Below are positions 10,847 through 23,234 of a stretch of 64,000 nt of DNA, piece by piece. Made by a program: the position numbers and the translations under genes. Within the stretch, counting starts at the first letter, position 1, and each line of letters starts with the position of its first letter. The stretch is taken from contig CP142731.1 of the NCBI GenBank assembly GCA_036630325.1, positions 310,001 to 374,000 of the forward strand, written 5' to 3'. Source of the DNA: Vairimorpha necatrix. Lineage: Eukaryota. The notes below the pieces were generated by a model that did no database searches, was not told where the DNA came from, and saw only the letters and a program-made list of their open reading frames with translations.

Positions 10847-12606
10847 GGTTGGTGAAAAAGTCCGCCAAAGTGGAAAAGTCCGCCACCGTATTTAAGAAAA
10901 TTTGAAAAAAAATAGCCCTTAAAATAGAATTTCGAAACTAACAAACAGCATCAGGAAGAAACACCATAAACTAAAACTACAAATTTTATAATAATATAAC
11001 ACAAAATATTTAACATTTATACTCTTATTATACAATTCTATGATATTAAAAGACAATATGTTTTTTTTTTCAAAAATTTATTTTTCGTCGAATGTTAAGG
11101 AACCCTCTTAATATGGAAAATGAAAGAAGATTACAAGAACAGAAAGAAAGACCTGTCGAAATAAAATGCATAAAAAAATAAACATATGAAAATATACAAA
11201 GGACATAAATACTATAAGAAATACACCGGGGCTTCAATTATAAGATGGTCTTGCTATTTAAAAAATTGTAAAGGAAGTATACGCATGAATACTACAACAA
11301 ATGAAATATGTGATTATCAAGAAATTAATCATGAAGAATTAAGTAATTCACAAATTAAAATACTATTTGTAAATGAAGATATAAAAAGAGATAGCCTTAC
11401 GAGTAGAAAAACTAAAAACGAAATTGTATGTGCAACAACATCAATGCTCGATGATTCAGAAAGACAGATACTTCCAAGTATACGTAACATAAAGAGAAGA
11501 ATTAGAAATATACAAGATTTAGCTCAAAATTTTAGCTATTCTAATAATTATGATATTCCAAATGAGCTACTAATGACACGTTCTGGGATCAAATTTATAC
11601 AGTATGATAATTATTTTAGTGCGAAAGAAAGAATAATAGCATGCTGGTCTGATAAAAATGTGAACAACGCCAAGAATAAGAAGGTCTTTGCAGTTGATGG
11701 GACATTTTACTCGTCACCTCTAGCCTTTTTTCAACTTTTCGTAGTATTTTTTGTAGATGAATATACTTACATTCCTTTTGCTTATTTTCTGCTGCCAAAT
11801 AAAAAATATGAATCATATGTGGAAGCTTTTAAAATGCTATTTAATTTAGCAAATGTTAAAAAAATGGAATATGATAATAGATGGTGAGTTGAATATACAT
11901 AAGGCACTGAATAGTGTATATCCAGACACCAGAATAAGATTTTGTGTATTTCATTATTCACAGGCGGTTTTCAAAAAATTTAAATCATTGGGATTTTCTA
12001 AATTATACAAGGATGATACAATTTTTAGATTTTATATCAAATGTTTGCTTTGTTCAATGTTCATTATTGAAGAAAAAAAATATATTACATTTAAATATTT
12101 AGTTAGATTAATATGTCGAGATTATAATGGACATGCAATTAAAGAATTCCTCAACTATTATATAACAAATTGGTTAAATAAAGACTTTTTCCGTTATAAC
12201 GATATGAAAGAAAGAATAGAACATGATATACCATTTACAAATAATGGAGCGGAAGGTTTCAATTCTTCATTAAAAAGAGAATTGAAATCACCACATCCAA
12301 GTCTAACTGAGCTTTTAACGTGTTTAAGAAACCGTGATTTTCTAAATGAAATATACAAACATAATAATAAAAGCCAGAAAAACAATATCATAACAAAGAC
12401 AAGAAATTCAAAAATATTACTTAAAATAGAAGATTTAAAAGACAATGACTGTTTGGAAGTTCTTAAAGAAACTATATCCTTATATAACTTTAAAGATGAT
12501 ATTTTACAATAAATTTATTCATTTTGATTTCTCCTTTTAAGGGCTATTTTTTTTCAAATTTTCTTAAATACGGTGGCGGACTTTTCCACTTTGGCGGACT
12601 TTTCCC
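10847..12606 (+). mobile_element. Mutator-like (MULE) DNA transposon
   Basis: Perfect 69-bp TIRs at 10856-10924 and 12535-12603 enclose a transposase. Confidence 0.93.
11113..12512 (+). pseudogene. MULE transposase (FLYWCH-like plus DDE), split by two frameshifts in A-runs
   Basis: Motifs IRWSC...CKG, VDGTF, IIDGE, FCVFHYSQAV and TNNGAEGFNSSLK. Frame changes at A8 (~11171-11178) and A7 (11858-11864). Confidence 0.85.
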
Positions 12607-13199
12607 CATACGCATTAACTACACATTCCTGGAATGAATGATTTCTAATTCTTTACGCATGGGATAATCCATACGTCTTACATAACTGCTGATGTATGCA
12701 TCGCAGTGCCTCATTGCGCTGTCTAATGTAATCATGTGGAAGCATACGATCACATTGGGAGGCAATATGATCTACTGTCTTTGCATGCTCATGACAGTGT
12801 GGGCATTTTTCTGTTTTTTTAAGAATATGTTTCGATCCTGTAGTGCACATCAGTTGCCTTCCTCTCTTAGGCTTATATTTCCTTTTGTAAGCCACATAGA
12901 AGCCTGCTTTATATCAATGAGTCCGTCGTCTCAAGCAGCAAAATAACGACCATGGAAGTTTATATAGCAGCCAATAAATTTCATAAAACAAGCTCCATCC
13001 CACATGGACAGATGTCATGAAATTATGAAGTTTTGTAGATCATGATCGCCTGTTAACATTTATTAGCAAGTTAGTCTATCTCAATTTAAAGGTAGATTCT
13101 TAGAGGCTGATCCTAATTTCCCACATATAGAATTTTAAGATTCACAAGATATTATTTAAAACGATTGAATTTAGGTATAATAAAAGAAATATAACTCGT

Positions 13200-15000
13200 C
13201 TTTGTCTCATGTTACCTATGAGATCTTGGATAAAACAGAAAACCAGTATGCCTAAAAATAGGTATTACAAGCCATGAAGAGGCATATATAACAAATATAA
13301 ATTGTATCGTGATCTTAAGCTCTTCTCAAAACAGAAGTTGATTTAAATCCCATTAATACGAAATTTAGAAAGTTCTCGCCGGAATTTAGGAAGAACAAAA
13401 GCAAGTATAGCTCTGACTGTAATGATGATGTATGTAATTTAGAGCAAAAAATAATAATATTCGGAAGTAACTAGAAGACTTCTATTACTGTCAAACGAAG
13501 TATTTTTGATAAGTGCAAAGAATAATATACGTAGGTTATAAAAGGGGCGAGACTCGATTAAATGGCCAAGACTGCTTCGGGCTATTATTAATTGTGTATT
13601 CATATAAAGAAACTACCACGTAGGGTTACTAAAAATGGAGCCAATAGATTAAAAATACGATTTTGATATTGATAGTTATCGGTTAAGTAAAGTTCATCTA
13701 CAGCCGCCCAGCAAAAATGACCACCTAACTTAATCTAAATTGAAAGAGCCTTTGTAGCATTTAAGATATAGTTCGTATATCTCTACTAATATTCCGGCAC
13801 AATTAATCAAAACAATCTCATTGAAGCACGCTGTGATATTAAATTTGAGCAAAGATGAATTCAAGTTGTTTTACTTATAATAATAATTAGATTAAGTATG
13901 TAAGTGTGTTTTAATTACATACAAGATACTAGTGAAGCCCTTTAGAACACAATATATCTCAGAATAAAACATGTAAAAATCTAGAAAGCTATGAGAATTA
14001 CATTAGTAAGCATTAGGAACTCTTCTATTTATTTGGTCAAATGGTATTATCACGATATCCGTGGCTATTATTGATTCTTACATGATAGAAATATATTTAT
14101 ACTAGAATGACATTTATCCTTTGTGGATTTTGTAAGAAAATCAAATTATTAGGATACCAAGTGTGATCGAATGTTGGTTTTTTGTGAAAAACAGAAAGAG
14201 ATATTTAGATATATTCCCGCTGGTTATGCATTATATATGTGTTAAAACCTAAAAAGATACGGATACACTTAGTGCAAATTTCATGGAAATGTCCGAACTA
14301 TAATAAAAGTAGACATTTTTTATACCACAGGCCGAATTAATCATTCATAATAGCTAGAAATTCAAGTGAGGAGCATTAAGAAAAAAATATTAATTACGTA
14401 GGGGGGAATAATTAACTAGCGACTCACTATATTCGAAAATTAAAATCTAAGAAAATATGATTTATTTTAAAATGAACTAAGTCTTGTAGATAACTCCTCG
14501 ATAAGAATCATTTTTGAGCAATAATGGGATGCTGTAACGACTAACTTATATTGTACATCGGGAAATGAGAATATAACCAATCTACGAAGCATACACCCGT
14601 TTATTATCCGAAAAAGACTTAAAATATTATTCTTGTATCAAATACAGATACGAGAATATACTTCTGCAAAGAGGAAGAAAAAACTTGTGCTGTTAGTGCA
14701 CTGGCTTAAAAGTCAACAATTAAAGAAGAGATGCGTGTAAAACTAGGTCCTATTAAAATTCGTGTTTTTACGAATATAAATACCACACAATAACTAAAAA
14801 ATAAGTAGAGTAGTTTTCTAAGCCTAGACTGCGGATTTCGATTCTAATGATACTCAAGTATCTTAAAATTTGTAATCTAACTTTAATTTTTAAGTAGGAG
14901 TGTAAAATGGGAAAGCTCACTTACAACAAGTAAGAAATACCAGATCCTCGTAGTATCAACAAATTATATACATACCACTAAAGAGCTCGGTTTAAAGTAT
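13200..15000 (+). mobile_element. Highly decayed non-LTR retrotransposon relics
   Basis: Scattered remnant motifs: VHLQP (~13692), L(H/Q)DRNIF (~14078), IRV.T (~14758), LQQV and ELGL (~14920-14995). Many stops. Confidence 0.45.
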
Positions 15001-15792
15001 AATAATAAACGTCCTTTTAAATATTTTATATATTAGAAAATTTTATCAACAAGAATATGCTCAGAATAAGAAATGCTCTTGTGTATCATTAAAAATTTGT
15101 TTTACAAAGTTCGATAAACAATATGATCATATATCAAAATGCAGTCTCTTAGATTTTATAAATATTTCAAAATACATATAACTGATTGTATAAAGAAAGT
15201 ATTAAAAGGGTTATAAACATGTTTTTTTTACAAAAAAAGATAAAACAATTCTGACATTTTAAAAATAGTATAATTTTTTATAATTTGTTTGCGTTCTCAT
15301 TATTTTTTACATTGAAGATGTAATATTGTCTTTTGAAAAAAATATTATAATTTATAAGTGCTTGTTCTCTGTAGATATTTTACAATGACAGTAATTATCA
15401 TATAACTTTTTTAAATTGCTGAAAATTAGTCTAAAAAGGAAAGGTTACATCATAGTATTACCCAAAAATATTAGAGACGTCATTCAATAACAAACAAAAA
15501 TATATTGAACTAAACAAAAGCATTGTAATATGAAAAAAGCATGTTATATGAATTATTATTATTATAATGAATTTCATAATTAAAAAGCCGTGTAGTTTAC
15601 ATAATTCAATAAATTGTAAATGATATTTTTTTTTAATATTAAAAAAAAAATTTCTTTAATAAACTATATAAAGCAAAAAAACAAAAAATTTAAGACGCTA
15701 TACATAGTAAAAATGTGTTTAATGATCAATTACAAACTTTTATAATTATCAACGTTTTTTCTGTCATTAATTTTCTAATATATACCCTTCAA

Positions 15793-16599
15793 ATGTTATT
15801 TTTTGTTTATATTGAGGTGGTTATTAATACATTTCATTTATTTAATGTTCACAATTCCCCCAGCAATATAGCTATACTCGTGTTAGAAAATTACACACTT
15901 CCTGAAATTTATTCTATTCAACTTTGTACAACAGATGATAAAACATATCCGTTAAATCGTTGTGAAAATTTTAATGATGAAATTGGTTTTAATAATATCG
16001 ACGACTATGATCTAGGGAAAGAACTACGATTTAGTTATAACAAACAACAAAATGTTTTTTTCTATAATAAATACATACCGGCATCATGTAAAAGTGGGAA
16101 TATTATAATTAATGATGAAAGATCGATTATTGCTGAGTTTAATAGTGTAAATCTAGATATCAAAAATCAAATTTCTTCCACGGTAAAGATATTTGAAGTA
16201 AACGTTTTTGAAGAACACGTTGAGAGTATAAATCCAATAATAATAGCGAATGACATTATAGAAGATCAACATGAAGATATAAATCCCGATGAAATAGTTT
16301 ATGTTGAACAAACTCATTCTGAGAGTTCCTCGCTGGAATCAAAATTTGAAGAAGAAACTAAGAAAATCGAGCCCGATTATGAGAGCACAGAGTTATTTGA
16401 GGATGATACAAATTCAGTCAACACAACTGAGACCAATGAAAATACGGAAACTAATGATGATACGTTGGAAACTGTAGAAGACGAGAAAAAAACGTCTAAA
16501 ATGAATATTATTAAAAAATCAGCATTGGTTAGTACGGGCATTAGCGTTGGAGCGGGTGCTGTCTATTTTTTATATAAAAACAGAGATATATTTTCTTAA
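15793..16599 (+). CDS. Hypothetical protein with acidic stalk and C-terminal transmembrane anchor
   Basis: Likely start is ATG 15793 after a CCC motif. Hydrophobic N-terminus, E/D/T-rich region, then SALVSTGISVGAGAVYFLY followed by a short basic tail. AATAAA downstream. Confidence 0.75.
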   Translation: MLFFVYIEVVINTFHLFNVHNSPSNIAILVLENYTLPEIYSIQLCTTDDKTYPLNRCENFNDEIGFNNIDDYDLGKELRFSYNKQQNVFFYNKYIPASCKSGNIIINDERSIIAEFNSVNLDIKNQISSTVKIFEVNVFEEHVESINPIIIANDIIEDQHEDINPDEIVYVEQTHSESSSLESKFEEETKKIEPDYESTELFEDDTNSVNTTETNENTETNDDTLETVEDEKKTSKMNIIKKSALVSTGISVGAGAVYFLYKNRDIFS

Positions 16600-18127
16600 T
16601 GGTGAAAATATATTGTTAATAAGACTTATAATTTGTCATTTTTTGTTCTGGCATTAATAAAATTTATTAACATATTGTTTTATTGACACACGTCAAATTT
16701 GTTATTTAATATTTATTAAATCTAAAAACATATTTTTCGTTAACTTTTAGTTGAAAATTTTATAGAATTATTTTTTTCAACTTTAAAATTAATATTAAAA
16801 ATGAATGATACATCACAAAAATTTTGAAAATAGTAAGATAAAAAATATAACCAGCTATCTAGCGCTCAAAACACTACATTCTACAATTTATTCGAATTAA
16901 AAATTCAATTTTTGACATTAAAAATAAATGCGAAATATGTAGAAATTATCAATGTTATAATGTGTGGATTACATATGTCAATATTACGTTCCGCAAATGT
17001 TTATGATGATATTTTAGAATACAGAAAATTTGGGAACCTACAAGACAACTAGGAACGACGAAGGACAAAAACTAATAAAATATTTGAAAGGAAGACAATA
17101 AAGAAGATTTATCATAAAACAGAAAAAAAAAAGATTTAACCAAATTATAGAACAACATATAAAACGAGAAAAAAATCATCACAGTATAACGTTTAAAAAA
17201 TTTAATTGAAATATGCTTATACAATATCTCACTTCTCTAAATTCATTTTAACCGTAAAATTTTTCTATATGGGGTGTTCAACGTGGCAAGAGCTTTTTCC
17301 AATCAAGACTGAATCTTGAAACAATGTTTTCTTGGCTATAAAAATTTTTAATTTTTTAATTACATTTGATGTTTTGTCTCTTTTAGAAGTATTATAGGGT
17401 CTATATATATAAATAAATAAAAGTAGGATAAAGCAAAATCCCTAGTATAAAAGGCTTTATAATGTTATTTGAATTGTATATTATATCTTTTTCATCTTTA
17501 TTTTGCATAAATTTCGCGTTTATGAATATTTTTTTTTTATTTTAAGAAAAAACCTCCTAATACTAATTTCCTAATAACTGTCAAACATTTTTCGGTTTTG
17601 GAGGGAAATATTTACAGAGCTCTAGAAAAAATTTTCTATAAAAATATAATCTAGTTTGCCTAGTATAAAAATAATATTAATACAAATTAAAATATTGATA
17701 GATGTAACGTTGACAGCATATATAAAAGATTTTACCTAAGAACTTACTAATTATGAATTTTTTGTTGGTTTTTCAGAAAGGTATTAAAAAGAACATTGAT
17801 TTTTACTAAAAATTTATTTTAAAAAATATTAAGTATAAAAAACAAATATTTCTTAAAATCAAAACATTTGCACATGTTTTCAATTTTAAACATAGACTTT
17901 TTTGAATATTAAAATTTTTCACCTGTCAAAATTTAATTCATAAATTATTCAAACATAATTTTCATTCTAAAACTCTTTGTTTTTTAATAATTTAAATTAC
18001 ACTATATGACAAAAAAAATTTCAAAAACAAAAAACCTGCTTAAATAATTCCACATGTTATTTTAATCATAAAAAAGCGTACATTTCAAATATATCCAATG
18101 GTGACGTGTTAAAATGCTCTTTATAAA

Positions 18128-18760
18128 ATGTTTTTTTTTTCATACATGTATTTAATACCAGAACTTGATCAGGAGGAGGATTTTTACGATTTATTAGAAA
18201 AAGATGAAATCATAATATACGAAGATCAATCAAGATCATTTACTAAAATGACTAGATATATGTCGGAAAATGCTTATAAAATATGCGTTAGATCATTTCC
18301 ACTTCTTAAACGTAGGTTAATGTTTGATTTGAACATTCCTATATTACCAGTGGCGATTTATTATAGACACATGATTTTACCAAACGAGCCTATAAAGAAA
18401 TTAATTCATGAGATTAATAGTCTAAAATATGAATTATTAGAAACAAGAGTTAATAATATGATTTCAAAAAACCAAATACACATTTTTATAGAAGGAACAC
18501 CAAAAGATACAGAATTTGAGAGGACAAACCATCTAATGTCAATAATAAACAAATTAAACATGACAAATATTAGTTTTGGTTATTATAACTGTTTATTGAA
18601 TAGAAGATTGAGTAATTACATATGTGATTTTGTCAATAGTAGAAAGTTGCCATTTATTTTTATAGATGGACAATGTTTAGGAACATTAGAAGTATTTGAA
18701 GAGATGTTCGTACAGAAAAAAATATCTCATATTTTGAAAAATTTACGAGATTCAAAATAA
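18128..18760 (+). CDS. Divergent glutaredoxin-domain protein (Grx3/4-like C-terminal domain)
   Basis: IHIFIEGTPK...LPFIFIDGQCLGTLE resembles the monothiol Grx consensus LFMKGTP...FPQLYINGEFIGGLD. Stop overlaps AATAAA. Confidence 0.6.
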   Translation: MFFFSYMYLIPELDQEEDFYDLLEKDEIIIYEDQSRSFTKMTRYMSENAYKICVRSFPLLKRRLMFDLNIPILPVAIYYRHMILPNEPIKKLIHEINSLKYELLETRVNNMISKNQIHIFIEGTPKDTEFERTNHLMSIINKLNMTNISFGYYNCLLNRRLSNYICDFVNSRKLPFIFIDGQCLGTLEVFEEMFVQKKISHILKNLRDSK

Positions 18761-19560
18761 AAAACATAGAATAAAAATAGCAAGTTTATATACTTAATTC
18801 TTTGTCCCAAATCATAAGCAGATTTAATTTAGCTTTTTATTTCTCTTTGTTGAACATTCAAATTATTTTACTGTTTAATTATTGGCTTTACAAATTTCGT
18901 CGCCTTATTTAAATGCCATAAAATTTGTTTCACAATTTATAGTTTTGTATTTCCTTTTATTAACCACTTATGTTACTTTTACAATTAATTTTATACTTTA
19001 CAAAAGTCTGAGACTTATTTTGATACCATAATTCGCGTTTAAATTTTATTTCAATTTTGTTTCTTTCATTGTCTAGATTACTTTGACTGTTAATATAATT
19101 TTGGCAGTTCCTTCTTCTCGTCTTTAATATTAATTTTAGAGTTAACTTTATAACTCATTTCACAAAATATGTTTAACTAAAAAAAAGTTTTCTGAGCCAT
19201 AATACCTTTTTTATTTTCTACAAGATAAGACTTTAAATGGTTCTACCCATGATTTTCTTCAGATATCATCCAATGACCCCCCCCCCTTGTTAATATCAAG
19301 ATATGCAATGACAAGTAGGCTTTTTTTAAACAGATTAAGTTTTTTTTGTATATATAAATCGCCCTGATTTTTATTTAGTGTGTTTATGAGGAATTTTAAC
19401 TATAAAACCGTCTTGTTATAAAACATTGGATGTAGCCTTTTCTGATATTACGAAATTCTATTATATTTATAAAAATATTTTATTTTTTGATAGTACTCTC
19501 ATTAATCCGGTTCCCATCATTGATATCACTTTTTATTTTTTAATTTTTTTTTTTTAACCC

Positions 19561-20859
19561 ATGAGTAAACAGATGACTATAATTAATGACACAAGAAAAC
19601 TAGAAAACAAATACAATAATCTAAAACTTACTAAAAGCCAATTAATTATAAATTTACTTAAAGAAACCCTAATTAAAAAAACAAATGAAAATATTGAATT
19701 AAACAAAAAATTTGAAGAATTACAAATCGCGGAAAATGATTCCAATAATAAAATTATTGAAGCTTTAAATTCAGAAAATAAAAGACTGTATGAAGAACTT
19801 GAACAAACTAAAAAAGAAAATATAAAAATTATTGAAAAACTTAATAATGAAATTTCTAAAACAAAAAAAGAGGTTACTGATCTTCAAAAAAATTCTGACA
19901 ATTCTGATTATAAAAGAAAATTTACAGAAATTTCTTATGAAAACGACAATTTGAAGAAAATTATTTCTACACTGGAAAATGCAAATATTAAACAAGAAAA
20001 ATTTTTTAATGAAAAAAATAATCTAATAAAAATTTTCGAAAATTTAAATATGAAACTTGATGATATTAAAAATGAATTTATTAGTAAAAACATGCTAATT
20101 AATGAAGAAATTAAAGAGTTTAAAGAGGTATTAAAAGAAAATAAACATGTTAGTAATGATGTTGTAAAAGATAATACGATTAAGATATTGAAAGAGAGTC
20201 TTAAAATTAAGGATAAATTGATCAATCAACAAAAGAAAGATAAAAACCAACCTGTTGAGAATGTAAAAGAAGAAGATATGAAAGAAATATTAGAAAATGA
20301 AATATTATATTCAGATGTATCAGAAGTACAAGATAATAAGAAAGAGATCGTTAAATCAAATCTGAAAAGTACAAAACCTACTACTAAAAAACAAACAAAT
20401 TCTGAACCAACTTTGGAAAATCCGAAATCAATTATTAAGAAACAAACAAATATTAAACCTAGTGATAGTCAGAAAAGTACTACAAATACAAGAGCATCTA
20501 AAAAGAAGCCTAATGCCAAAGAAATAACCAGTTTAAAACCAAGCGATAGTCAGAAAAGTACGACTGGTACAAAATCAAATATTAAGAAAACGACAGGTGC
20601 TAAAGAAATAAGTAGTTTAAACTCTAAAGAAAAGGATCCAATTAAAGAAACTCAATCTAAAGAAAAAATTACTTCTAAGCCTAAAAATGGTAGTCCAATG
20701 AAAACTATTACGAATAAGGAAAATGACTTTGACTCGATTGTAAAAAACAATAATAAAAGAAAAACGTCTCTTCTCCGCTTAGGCAAGTCAAATACTTCGT
20801 TCTTTGCTAATTTGTCATTTGCAGATTCTAGCCCAGCATTTAAAAAATATAAAAATTAA
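19561..20859 (+). CDS. Coiled-coil protein with K/S/T-rich low-complexity C-terminal half
   Basis: 432-aa ORF, CCCATG start, heptad-like N-terminal half, KPSDSQKSTT present twice. Confidence 0.8.
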   Translation: MSKQMTIINDTRKLENKYNNLKLTKSQLIINLLKETLIKKTNENIELNKKFEELQIAENDSNNKIIEALNSENKRLYEELEQTKKENIKIIEKLNNEISKTKKEVTDLQKNSDNSDYKRKFTEISYENDNLKKIISTLENANIKQEKFFNEKNNLIKIFENLNMKLDDIKNEFISKNMLINEEIKEFKEVLKENKHVSNDVVKDNTIKILKESLKIKDKLINQQKKDKNQPVENVKEEDMKEILENEILYSDVSEVQDNKKEIVKSNLKSTKPTTKKQTNSEPTLENPKSIIKKQTNIKPSDSQKSTTNTRASKKKPNAKEITSLKPSDSQKSTTGTKSNIKKTTGAKEISSLNSKEKDPIKETQSKEKITSKPKNGSPMKTITNKENDFDSIVKNNNKRKTSLLRLGKSNTSFFANLSFADSSPAFKKYKN

Positions 20860-21134
20860 ACTTAATGTAGTAAATAAAAATTGTAAATTCTTTTATTAAA
20901 ATAGACACAGGCTTACATTCATTTAAATGGAATGTATCATTTCTAGGTGCTTTTCAAAAAGGGTTTAAAATCCATTATACACCGAACTTATGTTACTAAT
21001 ATCAATCTATAACTATAGTTTGAAAATAAACACTAAAGAGTCAAATATTAATTATATAAAATTCTACAAATGTTTTTGTTTTTTTTTATCGTCTAGTGCA
21101 GTCTTTCATTTTTTCTTATCCCTCTAATTTCTAA

Positions 21135-21542
21135 ATGAAACAAGAAGATTTTCTCAACAATCTAGACAAGGAAACTCTAGGCGGTTGTATTGCCAATTCA
21201 TACGATCTTTTAACTTTATCATCTGACAAAATTTTTAATACAAATATTGAAAAAGACTTGTTTGAAATTTTAAGCACAAATTTCTCAACAATAAAAAATT
21301 CAGAAAAAAAATTTTTAAAAAATAAAAATCTTAAAGTTTTATTTAACAATTTAAGCCATTTAATTTTGGGCAATGATGACTGGAATAAACAAAATAAAGA
21401 AGAAGCTGCAAGGCTTCTTTATGGGATAAATTATTGGGTTATTAAAGAAGGTGGGCCATATGTGACAGATTTTATAATTTTAAATGATTTTCATGTTGAT
21501 ATTGTCTTTTTGTTTATACAATTATTTGACAAATTTGTATAA
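21135..21542 (+). CDS. Hypothetical protein
   Basis: 135-aa ORF with a CCC motif upstream and AATAAA just after the stop. Confidence 0.7.
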   Translation: MKQEDFLNNLDKETLGGCIANSYDLLTLSSDKIFNTNIEKDLFEILSTNFSTIKNSEKKFLKNKNLKVLFNNLSHLILGNDDWNKQNKEEAARLLYGINYWVIKEGGPYVTDFIILNDFHVDIVFLFIQLFDKFV

Positions 21543-21678
21543 CAAAATAAAGAAAAGTTTTGTTGTTGATTATTATTATTCTGTTTTATAATATAGACAA
21601 ATTTATTTACTGTTTTTTTTTTATAACTTATAGTAGAATTTGTTTACATACATTTTAATTTCGTACTAATTTTTTTAC

Positions 21679-21829
21679 ATTTGTTTTCATTCTACAAATA
21701 TTAGCTGTAATTGTTATGTCTTTGTTTTTAAATATTGCATTTTAAAAATAATTTGTTTTCATTCTACAAATGTAAGCTGTAATTAATACATCTTTGTTTT
21801 TGAATATTGCATTTTAAAAATAATTTGTT
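21679..21829. repeat. Tandem duplication, 72-bp unit x ~2.1
   Basis: atttgttttcattctacaaat...aatattgcattttaaaaata repeats at 21679 and 21751. Confidence 0.85.
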
Positions 21830-21912
21830 GTCTACTTTTTTTTATATCGCATCTAAAATATCAATTTTTTATTTTTAAAGAGTAATAAGTCTGTCTTTTT
21901 TCTGCCCTTTTA

Positions 21913-23028
21913 ATGTCTTCTGATGATCATTTAATTTACACAAAAATCAGAGATTTATCATATTCCGGATTATACAACATAAAATGCCATGTATTGACGA
22001 TTTACCCGTGGAAAGAATCTAAAGGGAATGATTTCGTTATGACACTCAAAGTCGCCGACGACCCGAAAGAAAATTTTATATTTGTAAAAATTTTTAATAG
22101 TAAAAAATATGAACATGATTTTTTAATAGGCGACTTTTTAAAAATAATAAAAATACGACATTTTAGTAATAATTTTTATATTTTAGATAAAGAAGGTCAA
22201 ATTTCAAAACTCAATAAAACTAATACTAGTAAAAATGTGGATTTTCCACTTCGAAAAATTGTCGACCTAACCTATTCTGAATATATAAAATTCATAGGAA
22301 TATTAATTTACAAACAAAAAGAGACAGAAAATCTTACAATACTCGGATTTATTGATTACACAATAAATCCGAGTATTAAAAAATCAGAAAATAAAGCATA
22401 TTATGAAAATAATATGATTTTATATGTCAGGGTATGGGACAAATTGGCCAAAAAAGCTTTAAATTTATCAGAAAATTCTGTTTACTGTTTAGTTAACTTG
22501 AAAATCAAGCCAGAAATGAACAGAATCTGCTCTGATCTGTCAGATTGTCCTCTGTCAAGTATTTCAGAGGTATTAGACGAGTCAATTATAAATGAAATTA
22601 AGTCTAGAGGCAGACAGCCTAAAGATAAAATTATTTGCTTTAATGGAGATCTTTACAAGAATAATAAGTTGATATTTATAAAAGACATTAAAGATTCGGG
22701 ATATTATAAAATACAAGTAAAGATATTGAGACATCATCCTTTTAATGGCGAGATTATTAAAATATGCACGCCGTGTGGACTAATAAAAACGAGTAAGAAA
22801 TGCGAATGCGGACTGGAAACTGACGAGGTTTTTGTTGTCAAATATTTGGTAAGAGACGAGAGTGGGGAAATTGTCTTGCTTTGTAAAAATGACATAGCCA
22901 AGGCTATGCTGAGAAGATGTGAAGCGGAGAAGAGGATGGAATTACTTGTTTATTGTGAGTATAGGAATAGTAAAATGTATTATGAAGTAAAAGACATACC
23001 TAAATTAACAAATAAATTCAATACATAA
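21913..23028 (+). CDS. POT1: Multi-OB-fold ssDNA-binding protein, POT1-like
   Basis: N-terminal V...YPWKESKGNDFVMTLKVAD...VKIF resembles POT1 OB1 (SKGxD...DxS). Second OB fold GFIDYT...VRVWD. C-terminal OB with CxxC...CxC zinc ribbon and VRDESG. Confidence 0.65.
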   Translation: MSSDDHLIYTKIRDLSYSGLYNIKCHVLTIYPWKESKGNDFVMTLKVADDPKENFIFVKIFNSKKYEHDFLIGDFLKIIKIRHFSNNFYILDKEGQISKLNKTNTSKNVDFPLRKIVDLTYSEYIKFIGILIYKQKETENLTILGFIDYTINPSIKKSENKAYYENNMILYVRVWDKLAKKALNLSENSVYCLVNLKIKPEMNRICSDLSDCPLSSISEVLDESIINEIKSRGRQPKDKIICFNGDLYKNNKLIFIKDIKDSGYYKIQVKILRHHPFNGEIIKICTPCGLIKTSKKCECGLETDEVFVVKYLVRDESGEIVLLCKNDIAKAMLRRCEAEKRMELLVYCEYRNSKMYYEVKDIPKLTNKFNT

Positions 23029-23234
23029 ATTTAATATTCAAATTTAATACATAAATTTTAAACAAATAAATTTAATATTTAAATTTTTAAACAAATAAAT
23101 TTAATATTAAAAATAAATGAAAATATGCATTTTAAAATAATAATATTTTAATATTTTTAACAAATAGATTTAGTTCAATTTTGACTTGCTCTCATTTGTC
23201 CTTTTTCTTTTTTTCTTATTTTTGACCCATCAGA

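Larger units (their letters stand above)
9910..12950 (-). mobile_element. 3' fragment of an RLE-type non-LTR retrotransposon, interrupted by a solo LTR and a MULE
   Basis: Segments 9910-10043, 10393-10846 and 12607-12950 align colinearly with the copy at 50210-51120 (CPHC..H..TVDH...C zinc knuckle, KYNKPDIL, shared 3' UTR). Confidence 0.85.
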
